Shown: positions 30,355 to 46,840 of the stretch, one piece after another
Layout of the letters: each line of letters begins with the position of its first letter
Position numbering within the stretch: position 1 is the first letter of the stretch
NCBI RefSeq assembly: GCF_009914755.1
Contig: NC_060925.1
DNA: 64,000 bases
Origin: the human T2T-CHM13v2.0 reference genome, Homo sapiens
Direction: 5' to 3' (one strand)
Position numbers and translations under genes: made by a program
The notes under the pieces: generated by a model
Seen by the model: the letters and a program-made list of their open reading frames with translations, nothing else
What the model was told of the DNA's origin: nothing
The model's database searches: none

Positions 30355-31371
30355 ATGGGGAAAAAACAGAACAGAAAAACTGGAAACTCTAAAACGCAGA
30401 GCGCCTCTCCTCCTCCAAAGGAACGCAGTTCCTCACCAGCAACAGAACAAAGCTGGATGGAGAATGATTTTGACGAGCTGAGAGAAGAAGGCTTCAGACG
30501 ATCAAATTACTCTGAGCTACGGGAGGACATTCAAACCAAAGGCAAAGAAGTTGAAAACTTCGAAAAAAATTTAGAAGAATGTATAACTAGAATAACCAAT
30601 ACAGAGAAGTGCTTAAAGGAGCTGATGGAGCTGAAAACCAAGGCTCGAGAACTACGTGAAGAATGCAGAAGCCTCAGGAGCCGATGCGATCAACTGGAAG
30701 AAAGCGTATCAGCAATGGAAGATGAAATGAATGAAATGAAGCGAGAAGGGAAGTTTAGAGAAAAAAGAATAAAAAGAAATGAGCAAAGCCTCCAAGAAAT
30801 ATGGGACTATGTGAAAAGACCAAATCTATGTCTGACTGGTGTACCTGAAAGTGATGTGGAGAATGGAACCAAGTTGGAAAACACTCTGCAGGATATTATC
30901 CAGGAGAACTTCCCCAATCTAGCAAGGCAGGCCAACGTTCAGATTCAGGAAATACAGAGAACGCCACAAAGATACTCCTCGAGAAGAGCAACTCCAAGAC
31001 ACATAATTGTCAGATTCACCAAAGTTGAAATGAAGGAAAAAATGTTAAGGGCAGCCAGAGAGAAAGGTCGGGTTACCCTCAAAGGAAAGCCCATCAGACT
31101 AACAGCGGATCTCTCGGCAGAAACCCTACAAGCCAGAAGAGAGTGGGGGCCAATATTCAACATTCTTAAAGAAAAGAATTTTCAACCCAGAATTTCATAT
31201 CCAGCCAAACTAAGCTTCATAAGTGAAGGAGAAATAAAATACTTTATAGACAAGCAAATGCTGAGAGATTTTGTCACCACCAGGCCTGCCCTAAAAGAGC
31301 TCCTGAAGGAAGCGCTAAACATGGAAAGGAACAACCGGTACCAGCCACTGCAAAATCATGCCAAAATGTAA
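30355..31371 (+). CDS. ORF1: L1 ORF1p RNA-binding chaperone, 338 aa, open (R117S, R159C, I161T vs recalled L1HS consensus)
   Basis: Full-length MGKKQNRKTG...QNHAKM with coiled coil, RRM and CTD. Confidence 0.97.
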   Translation: MGKKQNRKTGNSKTQSASPPPKERSSSPATEQSWMENDFDELREEGFRRSNYSELREDIQTKGKEVENFEKNLEECITRITNTEKCLKELMELKTKARELREECRSLRSRCDQLEESVSAMEDEMNEMKREGKFREKRIKRNEQSLQEIWDYVKRPNLCLTGVPESDVENGTKLENTLQDIIQENFPNLARQANVQIQEIQRTPQRYSSRRATPRHIIVRFTKVEMKEKMLRAAREKGRVTLKGKPIRLTADLSAETLQARREWGPIFNILKEKNFQPRISYPAKLSFISEGEIKYFIDKQMLRDFVTTRPALKELLKEALNMERNNRYQPLQNHAKM

Positions 31372-31419
31372 AGACCATCGAGACTAGGAAGAAACTGCAT
31401 GAACTAATGAGCAAAATAA

Positions 31420-35263
<3,844 letters not shown>

Positions 35264-35869
35264 ACAATGAGATCACATGGACACAGGAAGGGGAATATCA
35301 CACTCTGGGGACTGTGGTGGGGTTGGGGGAGGGGGGAGGGATAGCATTGGGAGATATACCTAATGCTAGATGACACGTTAGTGGGTGCAGCGCACCAGCA
35401 TGGCACATGTATACATATGTAACTAACCTGCACAATGTGCACATGTACCCTAACACTTAGAGTATAATAAAAAAAAAAAAAATTAAAAAAAAACAAAAAA
35501 AGATCACACAGCAAGTGAATCACAAAGTCAAATGCACACTGAAGTCTTAGGCAGCCCATTTTGATATGGTACTTCCAAACTGAGATGTGTAGGAATACAT
35601 TTTAAGAGAAAATATGAAAAAATTATAGACCTGAGACTAGGTGTGTGTACCTGGGGTTTTTAAAACTTTCTCATTATTCACAGCTAAGGAAAGGTCTTTT
35701 AAAAAATATCTAGTAAAATGATTATTTGAGGATTATCTAATACACAAAAAAGACAAAATTTCAACTTTTTTCACAGAATTTGTGGGTCCCTAAAAATATG
35801 GGTGAGAAGGTGGGATGAGAAACTGGCTTAATTTTTAAGTTTGTAGGAGTTGGAGTCAGACGAACTCTG

Positions 35870-36020
35870 ACCATACTTATTAGCTCTCTCAGCTTCAGAT
35901 TCTTCTGTAAATTGGGATGAAAATGACCAGTGGTGGGGTTGTCATGATGGTTAACTGAGATAATGGATTTAAAATTATTTAACACAGTGTCTGCCACAGA
36001 CTAATTGCCTAATAAATAGT
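35870..36020 (+). mobile_element. MIR SINE fragment
   Basis: 'ctctcagcttcagattcttctgtaaattgggatga...ggggttgtcatgatg...taacacagtgtctgccacag'. Confidence 0.7.
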
Positions 36021-38468
36021 AATGCCTTTTATTTGGATTCCACTGCAATGCTGACATGCTGTGGAGACAGGCTGACCTACCTCCAATGTCATAACGTTGC
36101 TCCGTAAGCGTGGAATCAGATGTAGTCTCAAGAATCCATTGCTCTTTTCGAAGCAAACTCAGTTGCATTTTGTGTGCCAGAGAAATCTCCCTTGGACAGG
36201 CTTAAGTGAGGGAGTCAATACATGGTTTTGTCTCAATGATTCCCACTGGCAGGTTATGGACTAATATATACATTCTTTAATTACAATAATTAATGAATTA
36301 GTTACAAATTAACTCAGGTCAAAAGCCTAGAACCCTTTTTTGGTTATTCAGAATTGTGTTTAAGTCTTTGCTCTTTACACTTAAAGGGAAGATTGATGTC
36401 CCAAATAAGTAGTACCTCATTTCAGCTCCTGTGCACTACCCTACTGTGAAGCCTGTCTTGTGTAAAAGCATGTAAAATCAACTAACTATAGCTCCTATTT
36501 AGTGTCATAGGCATGGCTGGGGCAGGGAAAGACAATACAGGAGAGCAGATGGAGAAAATGGGAAGGTGATTTCACATATGACTTAAGAAATTACAAGTTA
36601 CCCTGCTTTTACTTGCCACCAAATGCCTTCTGTCACTCCACCCCAATCCAGCAGGAACTGAAGGTTCATTAATCTGTGATTAGATTAACCCACTGAAAAT
36701 TTCTGTGTTTGCATGAGATCCATGATTTTTGCAAGTTGCTGGAGAAAGGGACAAGTTAGCTGTGACTTGTCACTCTAGGGAATCTTAATTAGCAGCCCGT
36801 TAATTTGGGAATTTGTAGAGTTCTTTTCTCTTAGTTGAGCTTATTTCCCAGAGACTCTTACTTGGGGTCAGAGATTTATGTTTTTCTCATTCTAAAGTCC
36901 TAGATTCAATGTAGATATTTCAAGTACAAAAGCACTACATACCCAGCTGAATGGAAAACGGTCAATTTAACTAAGCTTATAAGGATACCAGAGCAATTTC
37001 ACAGCTGATTTAGACCCATAGACCTTTCATACCCCGTTTATAGGAAACTCATAGAATTTAAGAGATGAAAGCAAAGTTTAAGATTATCTGGCCCAATCCC
37101 TCCACTATAGAGAGACTATGTTACCAGTGGAATGAGATTTGTTGAGTACAGGGGCCACATCTTTTTCATCAATGTTTCTGAATGAGTTGAGACATGCCTG
37201 AAGCCCTAAACATAATTGACTAGACTTCAAACCTTTTGAATAAGTAAGAGTTTCCTAATCACACTCTACTATATTTCTTGAGTACATCATCCTATCTCAC
37301 TCAGTCCCAAACAAATGAAAATTTAAATACAAACAGATTGTGTGGCACAGTATGTTTCAACAACCAGGAAACAGGACTACATTTTTCATTTTTCAATTGT
37401 CAGTAGGTATGAACAGTTTCAATATGTTACCATTAAGTGTATAGGAGCAACTCTTGTTCAAGGGATTAGTACAAATAATAGTCTGATGAAATATTTTTAT
37501 AAGAGGGGAGAAGATACTACAAAATTCAAACACAAATCAGTCTATGGAAACAACACTTGAGAGTCTTCAGCAGAGAATATAGCCCAGAGGTGCCACCTAG
37601 TGACTGCATTCTGCTGGCTGTGAAAAGCATAGTTAACATGGGGGATGAGATTTGTACATATTAATATTTCAAGTCATCTTTAAATACATAACATAAATGT
37701 CTATTCATAATTTTTTCTGCTCTGTCAAATTCAGAAAATAAAATGAGTAATGAACTGAAAGCCTTTGAAAGCCACAAAGGCAAAAATAAAAACATAAGGT
37801 ATTTATCAAAGTGCTTTGCTCTTATGGGTGCACACACATGTCCTTGGTTCTAAATAAATATGATAAATAGAATTTCTAGTGTATGATGGGATTAAAAAGG
37901 ATATAATACATTCCTGACTCCACCATTGTATTTTAGGGTTATATTCTAAGATTTATTTTTATTCGAAGCCCAGTATGTAGCACATAATATATACTAGGCA
38001 AGGGATGTTGAATTAGTGAATGCATTAATGCAAAAATGTTATATAAATCCTTGAATTTAAGAAATTTCAAGAGAGAAGACACTGGCTTGGAAAGTGGACA
38101 GTTCCAATTTGTCCTCACTGTCTACTCAACCAGGTATGATGACTACCTTTGTGTCTGAGTATAATCTCATTTTAAAATCAGAGTAATCCTGATATCAAGG
38201 AAGTTTGGTGGTTTAAGTGGAGGAGAGTGGTAGCGAAAGAGGTAAGGCCAGAAAAGGGACAAAAAAAGTGCTATGAATGAAATACAAAGATTGGTGAAAT
38301 GTCATCATTTCTGCTTGGTAGCAGAAATTATTTCTAATTAAGTAAATTTTAAGTAAATAAGTAATCAGAAATTACTTACTCATGGTGTGGGCCTAGTCAG
38401 CTTGCCCTCATGAATTGTAAAATGGGTAGATAAAATGCTGCTATTTTCCTCCCCTCTACCCCCCCCTT

Positions 38469-38496
<28 letters not shown>
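38469..38496. repeat. (CA)n microsatellite
   Basis: Perfect AC run of about 14 units. Confidence 0.97.
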
Positions 38497-38501
<5 letters not shown>

Positions 38502-38887
38502 ATACTTTTTAAAAACCAAGCCTAACAGTAAAGGTACAGACTCACACGCTCCTATGTGTGCTTGCCTAATAACTGTAATGCCCTGTTGAGCCAGATACAA
38601 TAAAAAACAATAAGTAAATGTGATGAGTATTTCATGAATTGGAAAGATTTTGATTGCCTGGCTGCATGATCAGAGGCATAAAGTCCTCTTGGCCTTATGC
38701 CCACGAGCCAGCCAATGGTCTTTTGAAAACCACAAAAATCTTTAAGACTCAAAGTGTGATATGAAAGATGTCATGTTTTGTTGTTTGTTTAAATGAACAA
38801 AAGATGGTTGGTTCACCTCAGGAAGAAAACTGGTTAGCATTTTATTAAATAAAAGTGCCCAAACAGGGCCTCCCTGATAATCTTCTT

Positions 38888-39005
38888 GGAGCCAATGAGC
38901 AGGTAAGTTTGGGTTGTTGGGTTGTTGTGAGGATGGGAGGAGCCAATGAGCAGGTAAGTTTGGGTTGTTGGGTTGTTGTGAGGATGTTGGGTTGTTGTGA
39001 GGATG
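38888..39005 (+). repeat. Tandem duplication: two identical 48-bp units (period 51) plus a third 19-bp sub-unit
   Basis: GGAGCCAATGAGCAGGTAAGTTTGGGTTGTTGGGTTGTTGTGAGGATG at 38888-38935 and 38939-38986; TTGGGTTGTTGTGAGGATG again at 38987-39005. Confidence 0.95.
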
Positions 39006-40053
39006 TAATTTCATTTACATATGCAGGAAGATCCTAACATAATGCAGAAAGATCCTTAACACATGAAATATTTACTGAATTTCTGGGTTGTTGGGTAAGT
39101 TGTTCAGACTCTCTGAACTTCAAATTCCTTACCTGTTCATATATTGTAAGATTATTTTTGAGAAGTAGATGTTTGTTGAAAATACTTTTTAAACTATAAC
39201 TCACTTTGAAATATGAGTATGAATATTACCACCTTCAAACAAAGCACAAAACAGCCTTGTCTATTTGCACTTGCAAAATATCTACCTAGTTTATTTAAGG
39301 TAAACAATGGGATAAAGATGCAAAGTCGGCTACTGATGCTGGCTAGATGACCAGGCAGAGTCCAAGCATCTGGATTTCTGGATTTAGCGATTTATATGGC
39401 AACAGGAAGGCTCTCCTGCCTACTAATATTCCCACAATGAGCCTGTTTCTAATTTCCATCATTAGAAATAAATTAGGGTTAAATAGGAAGCTTCTTTTAA
39501 AATACAAATAACTCTAGGAAGGTGCATATTTGCAAGCATGCATCAGTTTAACACTGATCTGCTAATAACAACTGGATGAAATTTGCTAATTTTGGACTAC
39601 AGGCATTATTTGTGATCCTCAGTATAGCGAGAAGCTCTGGGCTAGGAGGACTGACAGAAAAGCAAAAATTAGAGGGCTCATATTCTAAGTAATTTTACCT
39701 TATTCTTCTAAATGCAAAATCTTCATTTAAACAATTTTTTTTCATTTTCTGTTTGCTTTTGCTATTTCAAAATTAAGGCCAACTTAAAATATATGCATGC
39801 CTACTTAGAATAACCACAAGCAAGCATTTGCTTGTTGGCTTTTACAGAATCCTATGTCCAGGAAAGAAACTATTTCCTACATGCATTATTGAAAGACTAA
39901 TCATTTATTAGACCGAAAGTCATTAACTCTAATTGTTTCAAGATTTACTTGCATTTATGATTCTTTCCTGTTATAGATGCCTTCTCTAACTATCAGTGGG
40001 CCAGTTGGGATTTATATTTTACATTAAGATCTTGGAGTCTTCTTTTTAAATAG

Positions 40054-40055
<2 letters not shown>

Positions 40056-40098
<43 letters not shown>
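40056..40098. repeat. (GT)n microsatellite
   Basis: About 21 perfect GT units. Confidence 0.97.
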
Positions 40099-40099
<1 letters not shown>

Positions 40100-40351
40100 T
40101 ATCAACCAATTTGATAAAATATTGTAAAATTATTGGTAATATGGCTTGATAAATATAATCTTTTCAATGAAAATCATTACCTTTTTAATAGTAAAATAGT
40201 TGCTTATAAACATTTACTATAAAAGTCAATATTCAAATAGCTTGTACTCTAACAAAATTCATTACCTGAATATTGGAAAAATTCAAGGAGGCTTGGTAGG
40301 TTCTGAAGGAAAATATTAGATGTAGAAAAAAGGAAGTATTTGTTCACCTGG

Positions 40352-40855
40352 TATGGTTTACGGAGTGATGACCGTCCAAAGATGTCTACATTCTAATTCC
40401 CGAAACCTGGGAATTTATTACATTATGTAGCTAAGGGGAATTAAGGTAGCAGATTGGATTATGATTAGCTGACTTTAAAATAGGTAGATTATCCTGGATT
40501 ATCCAAGTAAATCCAGTGTAAACACATGTATTCTTAAATGCAAAAGAGGGAGACTGAAGAGTCAGTGTCACCGTGATGTGACATGAGAAAAATTTGAGTG
40601 GCCATTTCTGGCTTTGAAGATGGAAGAGGCACATGAGCAAAAGAACATGGACAGCTTCTAGAAGTTGGAAAATGCGGAAAATAGATTTTCTCCTACAGCT
40701 CCAGAAAAGCACACAGCCCTGCTGACATCTTGATTTTAGTCAGGGAGACCCATTTTGGACTTCTGACCTCCAAAACTATAAGATAATACATTTATGTTGT
40801 TTTAAGCCACCATATTTGTGATAATTTATTACAGCAACAAAAGGAAATTAATACA
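40352..40855 (+). mobile_element. MLT1D-like MaLR solo LTR
   Basis: 'gattatcctggattatcc', 'ggacttctgacctcc', end 'ggaaattaataca'; 5-bp TSD cctgg/cctag. Confidence 0.85.
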
Positions 40856-42299
40856 CCTAGGAAATCATTCATTCACCCATCCATTCTTTCATTCAACAAA
40901 TCTTATGTGTTTCCTAAGTGCAAGGCACAATCACATTCATCTAATCAGTGTTCAGCCTGTAGGGCTGTCTTTTGTTAACTTCTATTTTCTTTCTTTCCAC
41001 TGGTAAACCAGAAATAATTAGGTGAGGAAAAAATTTTTCCCTTCCTCTTAGGAATTTTGGGGGGAAATTCTATTTTCCACCAGCCTTTGTTTCCCTTCCT
41101 TTTTGCAGATATATTTTGGAAATGCTCTCCCATTATAAATCTGGCCTCTATGCTGGACTTGCAATAATCAATGCTTATTTGACTTAAAATCTAAATTATA
41201 AAGATAGGTATTTCAATTCTTCTAATTTCCCATCCAGCTGAAATCCTCCTCACATTAACTCACTCATTCATTTATGCATTTATGCAGTGAGTTCAGTTCT
41301 TACCATGCTTCACTCACTCTTTCAGACACTGTACAGAGAATGATTTTTTAACAAGGAACAAAAAACTTGTTTCCTGTTCTAAAGAATCTTGCAATCTAGA
41401 GTTGTAGCAGACACATACCTCCAAATATAATGTAAGGTATTAAGTGTTTTGGTAATTGTGATGTCACTCTATAATTAGACAGTACAAGATACTTGCTATA
41501 TACTTAATAAGGACTTACATTTATAAGTCTGTTTTATGTATATAAAACAGAGTAATAGTAATCATCAGTCATTTTAATACTTATGCTATATAACAATCAT
41601 TTGATTTAACATATTAAATACTTGTGATTAGTACACGTGGTGCCTGACTTTGAAGCATTGATCTATATCTTTAGTGGCATGTTACTTTGAGCCGAGAGTA
41701 AATCATAAGCCAAATAGCCTAAAATAATATTTTGAGACAGAGCTGAAGATATGTTAAGGAAGAAAGAATTGAATAGTGAGAAACAGAGATTAGAAAGCAC
41801 CTACTTTTTTATCTTTTTAAATAATGAGCATCATATTCTAAATTGCATCGTAGGTTTTCTGCTATACTTTTATCTGGAAATTAATCAACTAATTATGGAT
41901 AATTATAATTAATATCTGAATTCATTATATTCAGGCATATTAATTGGAATTTGAAATATATTCTGAGCTGTCTTAAATTTTTTACACTCTAACAATCAGA
42001 GAATAATGGAAGCTTGATTATTTTAAATTAGGAAAAAACCCTACAAACCTTAAAATAAGCTTTGTAATAATAGACTTTGCTTGATGCCTCCTCACTCTCA
42101 TTCTTACCTTTCTTATTACTTTTACAGTATTATGTCTGCACAGTATACACAGTAATAGTATTCTCCTGTGTAAAGTAAAATAAAACACTGAATCTTTTGT
42201 TCCAAACAACAGGATAAAGTCCAAGACATTTGGCATGACATTTATGGTATTTTCCCCATCTCGGTTGGTACCCCACCACCCACAGAGAGAGGTGGGAGT

Positions 42300-43010
42300 C
42301 ATCCTTGTTTCACTCTCTCCCTGTCCTCAGAATCAAATCAACAAGTAAGCCCTGATATGTTTGCCGTTGCAATAATTCTTGAATTAGTTCCATTCTCTCC
42401 TTCCTACTATCACTATCACATATGAGGTTTTCATCATTTCTTTCCTGGCATTATATAATAACCTTTTCTGATGCCCGTCTTATTCACGTTAATTAGACCT
42501 TGATCCTGACTCTCAGAGTTACATAGGAAGCCTAATAATCAGCCTATGCCTACGGGTAAGTAGATCAAGCTTACAGCAAGGAACACAAGACCCTTCAGTG
42601 ATCCAGCCTGTCTACTTTCTCAGCCTCACTGCACTTTCTGCTCAGTTTACACTCCAGAAATTATTTGAAGTTTCCCTCAAACACACCATATTCTTCTATG
42701 TCTCTGTACCTTTGTCCACATTGAACTGTTTGTCTAGAATGGCTTTTGCCTAAACTAACAAATTCATGAATCACATCCTCTAGAAAGCCTTTTATGATAT
42801 TTTTAAAGCCATATCTGAGTTTGAAGAGTGCATTACACATATTTCTCTTATAGCACATATTGTATTACATAAATCTGTTTTGTTTTCATGTCCCTCTCAT
42901 TCATTGAAATGTGAGATTCACAAAAATAAATAATGGTCCAATCACTTTTGCATCTCTGATGCATGGTTCAGTGTCTCACACATTCAGATGCTCAATAATT
43001 TTTTGAGAAC
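42300..43010 (+). mobile_element. L2 LINE 3' fragment
   Basis: L2 3' motifs 'gaactgtttgtctagaatggc...catcctctagaaagcctttt...gatgctcaataatttttt'. Confidence 0.65.
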
Positions 43011-43106
43011 TGACAGAAACCACAGAAGGTGACTTACTCCCAACTTCCACCAGTTTCCCTACTTTTCTAAAGCTCTACCTCTATGAACCACAAATAAGTG
43101 TGTCTT

Positions 43107-43172
43107 CCATTCATCCACCATCCATCCATCCATCCATCCAACCACCATCCATCCATCCATCCATCCATCCAT
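43107..43172. repeat. (CCAT)n tetranucleotide microsatellite
   Basis: Interrupted then perfect CCAT run. Confidence 0.95.
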
Positions 43173-46100
43173 CCATCCATCCATCCATCCATGGGTAATC
43201 AGGCATATGCATCTGGTCTAGTCATTAAGATTTTCGAATTTTGTTTAGTAAACAAATAGATAAATTACCCAACCTTCTTGCTATTGTGTGATTATTTGAT
43301 AGTTGAATATTTTCACCCCTCTCTATTCCCGAATGAGTTTTATTAGAGTACACTATCACAATCTATGAGATTCCTTTTATGTTCTACTTCTGTGGATTAC
43401 TTATGGGTTTTCTAAAGCATTCATTCACTAATTTATTTATTCACTTATGGAGGAAAGATAATCTATTGACAATTGGACTTTTTTTTTTAGCATAGAACTT
43501 GATGATACAATTTTAAAAGGTTGTTTATTATCCTATTTCAATTACCATAGGAAATGCTAGCATAAAAAGTATTTTTAGAAACCTCTATTATCTATAAATC
43601 ACAAGAGAGTGAATATTGGTAGTAAGTTAATTTTGGTAGAAAATTAATTCTGTTTTTTATTGTATTGTCTTCTCTTACATGGGTTTTTTAAATGATGAAA
43701 GTTAGACACAACCCAATGTAAAGCAAACAGTGTTACGTAGCTTTTGTCAGGAAACTAACTTCTGTATTCATTTTTTTGGTTCAAACGCTTTGCTAAGTGG
43801 TTCAGCATTTTTGCTGAAATCATCTGGCATACATGGAAGACCTGCTAAATACTAAGCACTCTATTAGATAATAAAGATATAGAAATTAAGTCAGTTTTTA
43901 CCCCTAGTCTTCTACATTTTCTACCATTTTGACTTTTTAAGTTTTTGCTTGCTATGGTACTCCCATTTCTTGCTAACTATACCTAATCCATGAAGATTCT
44001 GTTCATATATGTGAAGATTTCCCCCAGGCAAAATTGTCTGATTTTTCTTTAGTATGAAACTATAGAATATATCATATTAAGTAATGGATAGTTATACATA
44101 TGCCTATCTCTTTTATAGATTATAAACACCTTTAAGATAATAACCTATGCTCCTAGTACTCAGTGCTTGATACAGCTGTTACTCAATAAAGTTTTGCTAA
44201 ATGACAAACTATATCCTTCACAGGAAATAGAAAATGGATCTTCCTGGGGTAAGTTAAACAAAGACATTTTCCTTTTTAACAAAATACAGTAAACTAGCAA
44301 AGTGAAAAATTATTTTCTAAGTACATGAATCAGATAGCATTTATTCAATTTAAAGTGGAATTTCTTTACATAATATGGTATCTTGTGGTGAATTTAAATA
44401 ATTCAGTTTACAAACATTAAATTCTGTTTTTTCAAAAACAGTTCTGTTGTTGAAAATGAGGCAAACATTTGATGATATAGCTGTAGGCATTTCAATATTG
44501 GTTTGGCTGTATGCTTGCTCAGTGACCTTTGGTAAAAAAACAATTGTTTCGGTTTTTTCCCTTGACTGTCAACGGGAACTAGATTGTTTCATAGACTTAA
44601 AAATGATCTTAAAACACCCATAAATACAATGTGCTTAATGATAGCCATTTTAAAATAGTGACACTGTACAAGTCCAACTTAAGAGTCTACATTGACTTTT
44701 TTTGGTTTATTTTTAGGTATAGATGAATCGTATTTCAAAACTACTTCTCCATTTGTCTAAAGACACATAAATAAAGCATTTTTTTTACTATGAATAACAA
44801 CAGCATTCAGTTAAAGATTAAATTATTTTCAGAATAAAAATTTTTAGTTGATGACTGCTAAAGATTATTTCTAGGGACAAAGTAAGGACAGATGCTAGGT
44901 GGGGTATTTGCGGTGCATTAAACAAATATTTAATTTTAATCATCTGCCTATAGACTAAAAATGGTTTGCCGAATTAATGTTTATTAAATGTTTTGAATCT
45001 ATATGAAGCTAAGTGAATACTGGTAGGACTACAATTTTAACTTTTTAGATTATTAGCTTGATGCTTTAGAGATAATTATGACCTAGGAATATAAAACCAG
45101 CATTAGGGCATTATTGTGAATTTAATCTAGATTGGGAAGTTCAGTCTTGAATTGCAGGGATCAAGGTCACAGACTACTTGTGTAATGTATTCAGACAGAC
45201 AGGCTACACAAAGCAACCCAATAAATAATTTTAGGATTAATAGTTTGTTTTAGGCAGAGTAGATACCCTTAAGCTCCTTTCCACTCTTTAAAATAAAAGT
45301 CCAACATAAATATTAAAATACACTTCGAAGATGATCTCAAGAATGTGTTTGTTTTTTTCAAAAAGTAAATAGAAATGATTTATGTCATTGAATAAGATTA
45401 CACTGGTTTAGTAAGAGATGGTAAGCATTTTTAGCTCGATGGCCATTGTCCAGAATAACTTATAGTCCAGCACAACAATTACAATAAAGGTAGTATGAAT
45501 TTGCTAATTCACCATATATCTCATTCATTGTGAAAAACGCCCCTTACCTTTCAAACTGAGACTGAGACTAATGAAAGAATAGTTTTCTTTCATTCTTATT
45601 ATGTACTATATTTCATAGCCTTTTCTTGAATAATGATGTTAATAATTCAATTTTCATTCCCTTCATTTGAAACAGATTCTGACTTGTCAAGAATATATAA
45701 AGCATAAGTTATGACTTCAGGACCTTCATTTCTTCAGAACTTATGATCATAAATGATATAAATCCACTTACTTCAATCTATTTTCAGTGTGTCCAATATT
45801 TTCATAACTATATCCACTTTATCTCTGCTTTAACTCTCTGGCAGTAATATTAGGAAATATGAGATCTGTGCTGAGTTATTTTACATTCTCTTTTTCCACT
45901 TATGTAGAAGCAGTAAATGGGGTAGTTTGCAAATCTAATATTTATTATCTCCTGAATACTTTTGTGAGAATTTTCATTTACTATTTTCATTTGGATAACA
46001 TTTTTTAAAGCTTTGTTTGAAACAACTGGAACTTTTAGTAGTTTGATTTTATTCACAGAGTAAATTATTTTCCCACCTGCCTTTATGTTCTTTTGCTTAG

Positions 46101-46679
46101 TTATATATTGCCAAATCCTTCTCCTTTGTATCTTGCTCAGCAGATTGAACATTCTTTTAAAAGCTTTTGTTTATCATTTATACCGCTCTTTCAATCCTGC
46201 TATAACCACATACTCTTTAAATCCTTGCCTAACCAAACTGTTCCCTGGAGGCCTTCAACAAATTCACAATTAATGAAGGGTGAGTTTCATTTATAGCTGC
46301 ACTTGTTTTTTATCTTTCAATTCAATTCAACACGTATTTATTAAATTTCCCTACAATAATCATTTCTAAAAGTTTATATTATCTTTTTTTAAAGACTGTG
46401 GTGCTAAGAAATTCAATTTTAGACTATTTTTCACACATTCATAGTTTCCAAACATTTAACCCTAGCAACAAATTGACCAATTCTGGGACATAATGGCTGC
46501 TGCTTGGGCATTTTAGAAGTCGTGCCAACAATTATTATGTCTCAGAGTGCTTGAAAGGCTAAGCAGTCCAAATTTTTGCCTTTAAGCACATTAGTAAACT
46601 TTTTCCATATCTGGGTGTCATGAGGAGGTGTGTGTGTATGTGTGTGTGTGTATTTTTCCCCCAAATTTAACCTACACTT

Positions 46680-46840
46680 CTATCATACTATGTACTAGGA
46701 ACACTTATAGTTACTTTACCAATATTGACTTACTCAATTTTCATAATAACTCCATGTACTAGGTACTATCCTTATTGTACACCCACCCCATTTTACAAAT
46801 GGAAACTCTGAGTATAGAGTGGTTAAGTAACTTGACTTGA
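46680..46840 (-). mobile_element. MIR SINE
   Basis: 'cccattttacaaatggaaactctgagtatagagtggttaagtaacttg'. Confidence 0.7.

Noticed and set aside
35307-35340. G-quadruplex-forming tract
   Set aside because: Standard feature of the L1 3'UTR, not specific to this locus.
35466-35499. Interrupted L1 poly(A) tail as a 3' transduction
   Set aside because: Only TT and C interruptions; no unique sequence between the L1 end and the TSD.
45548-45567. Possible minus-strand 20-nt microexon (ttctttcattag|TCTCAGTCTCAGTTTGAAAG|gtaagg)
   Set aside because: The donor is strong, but the pyrimidine tract is short and all nearby acceptors give frameshifting lengths (20, 14, 8 nt); not supportable without RNA data.
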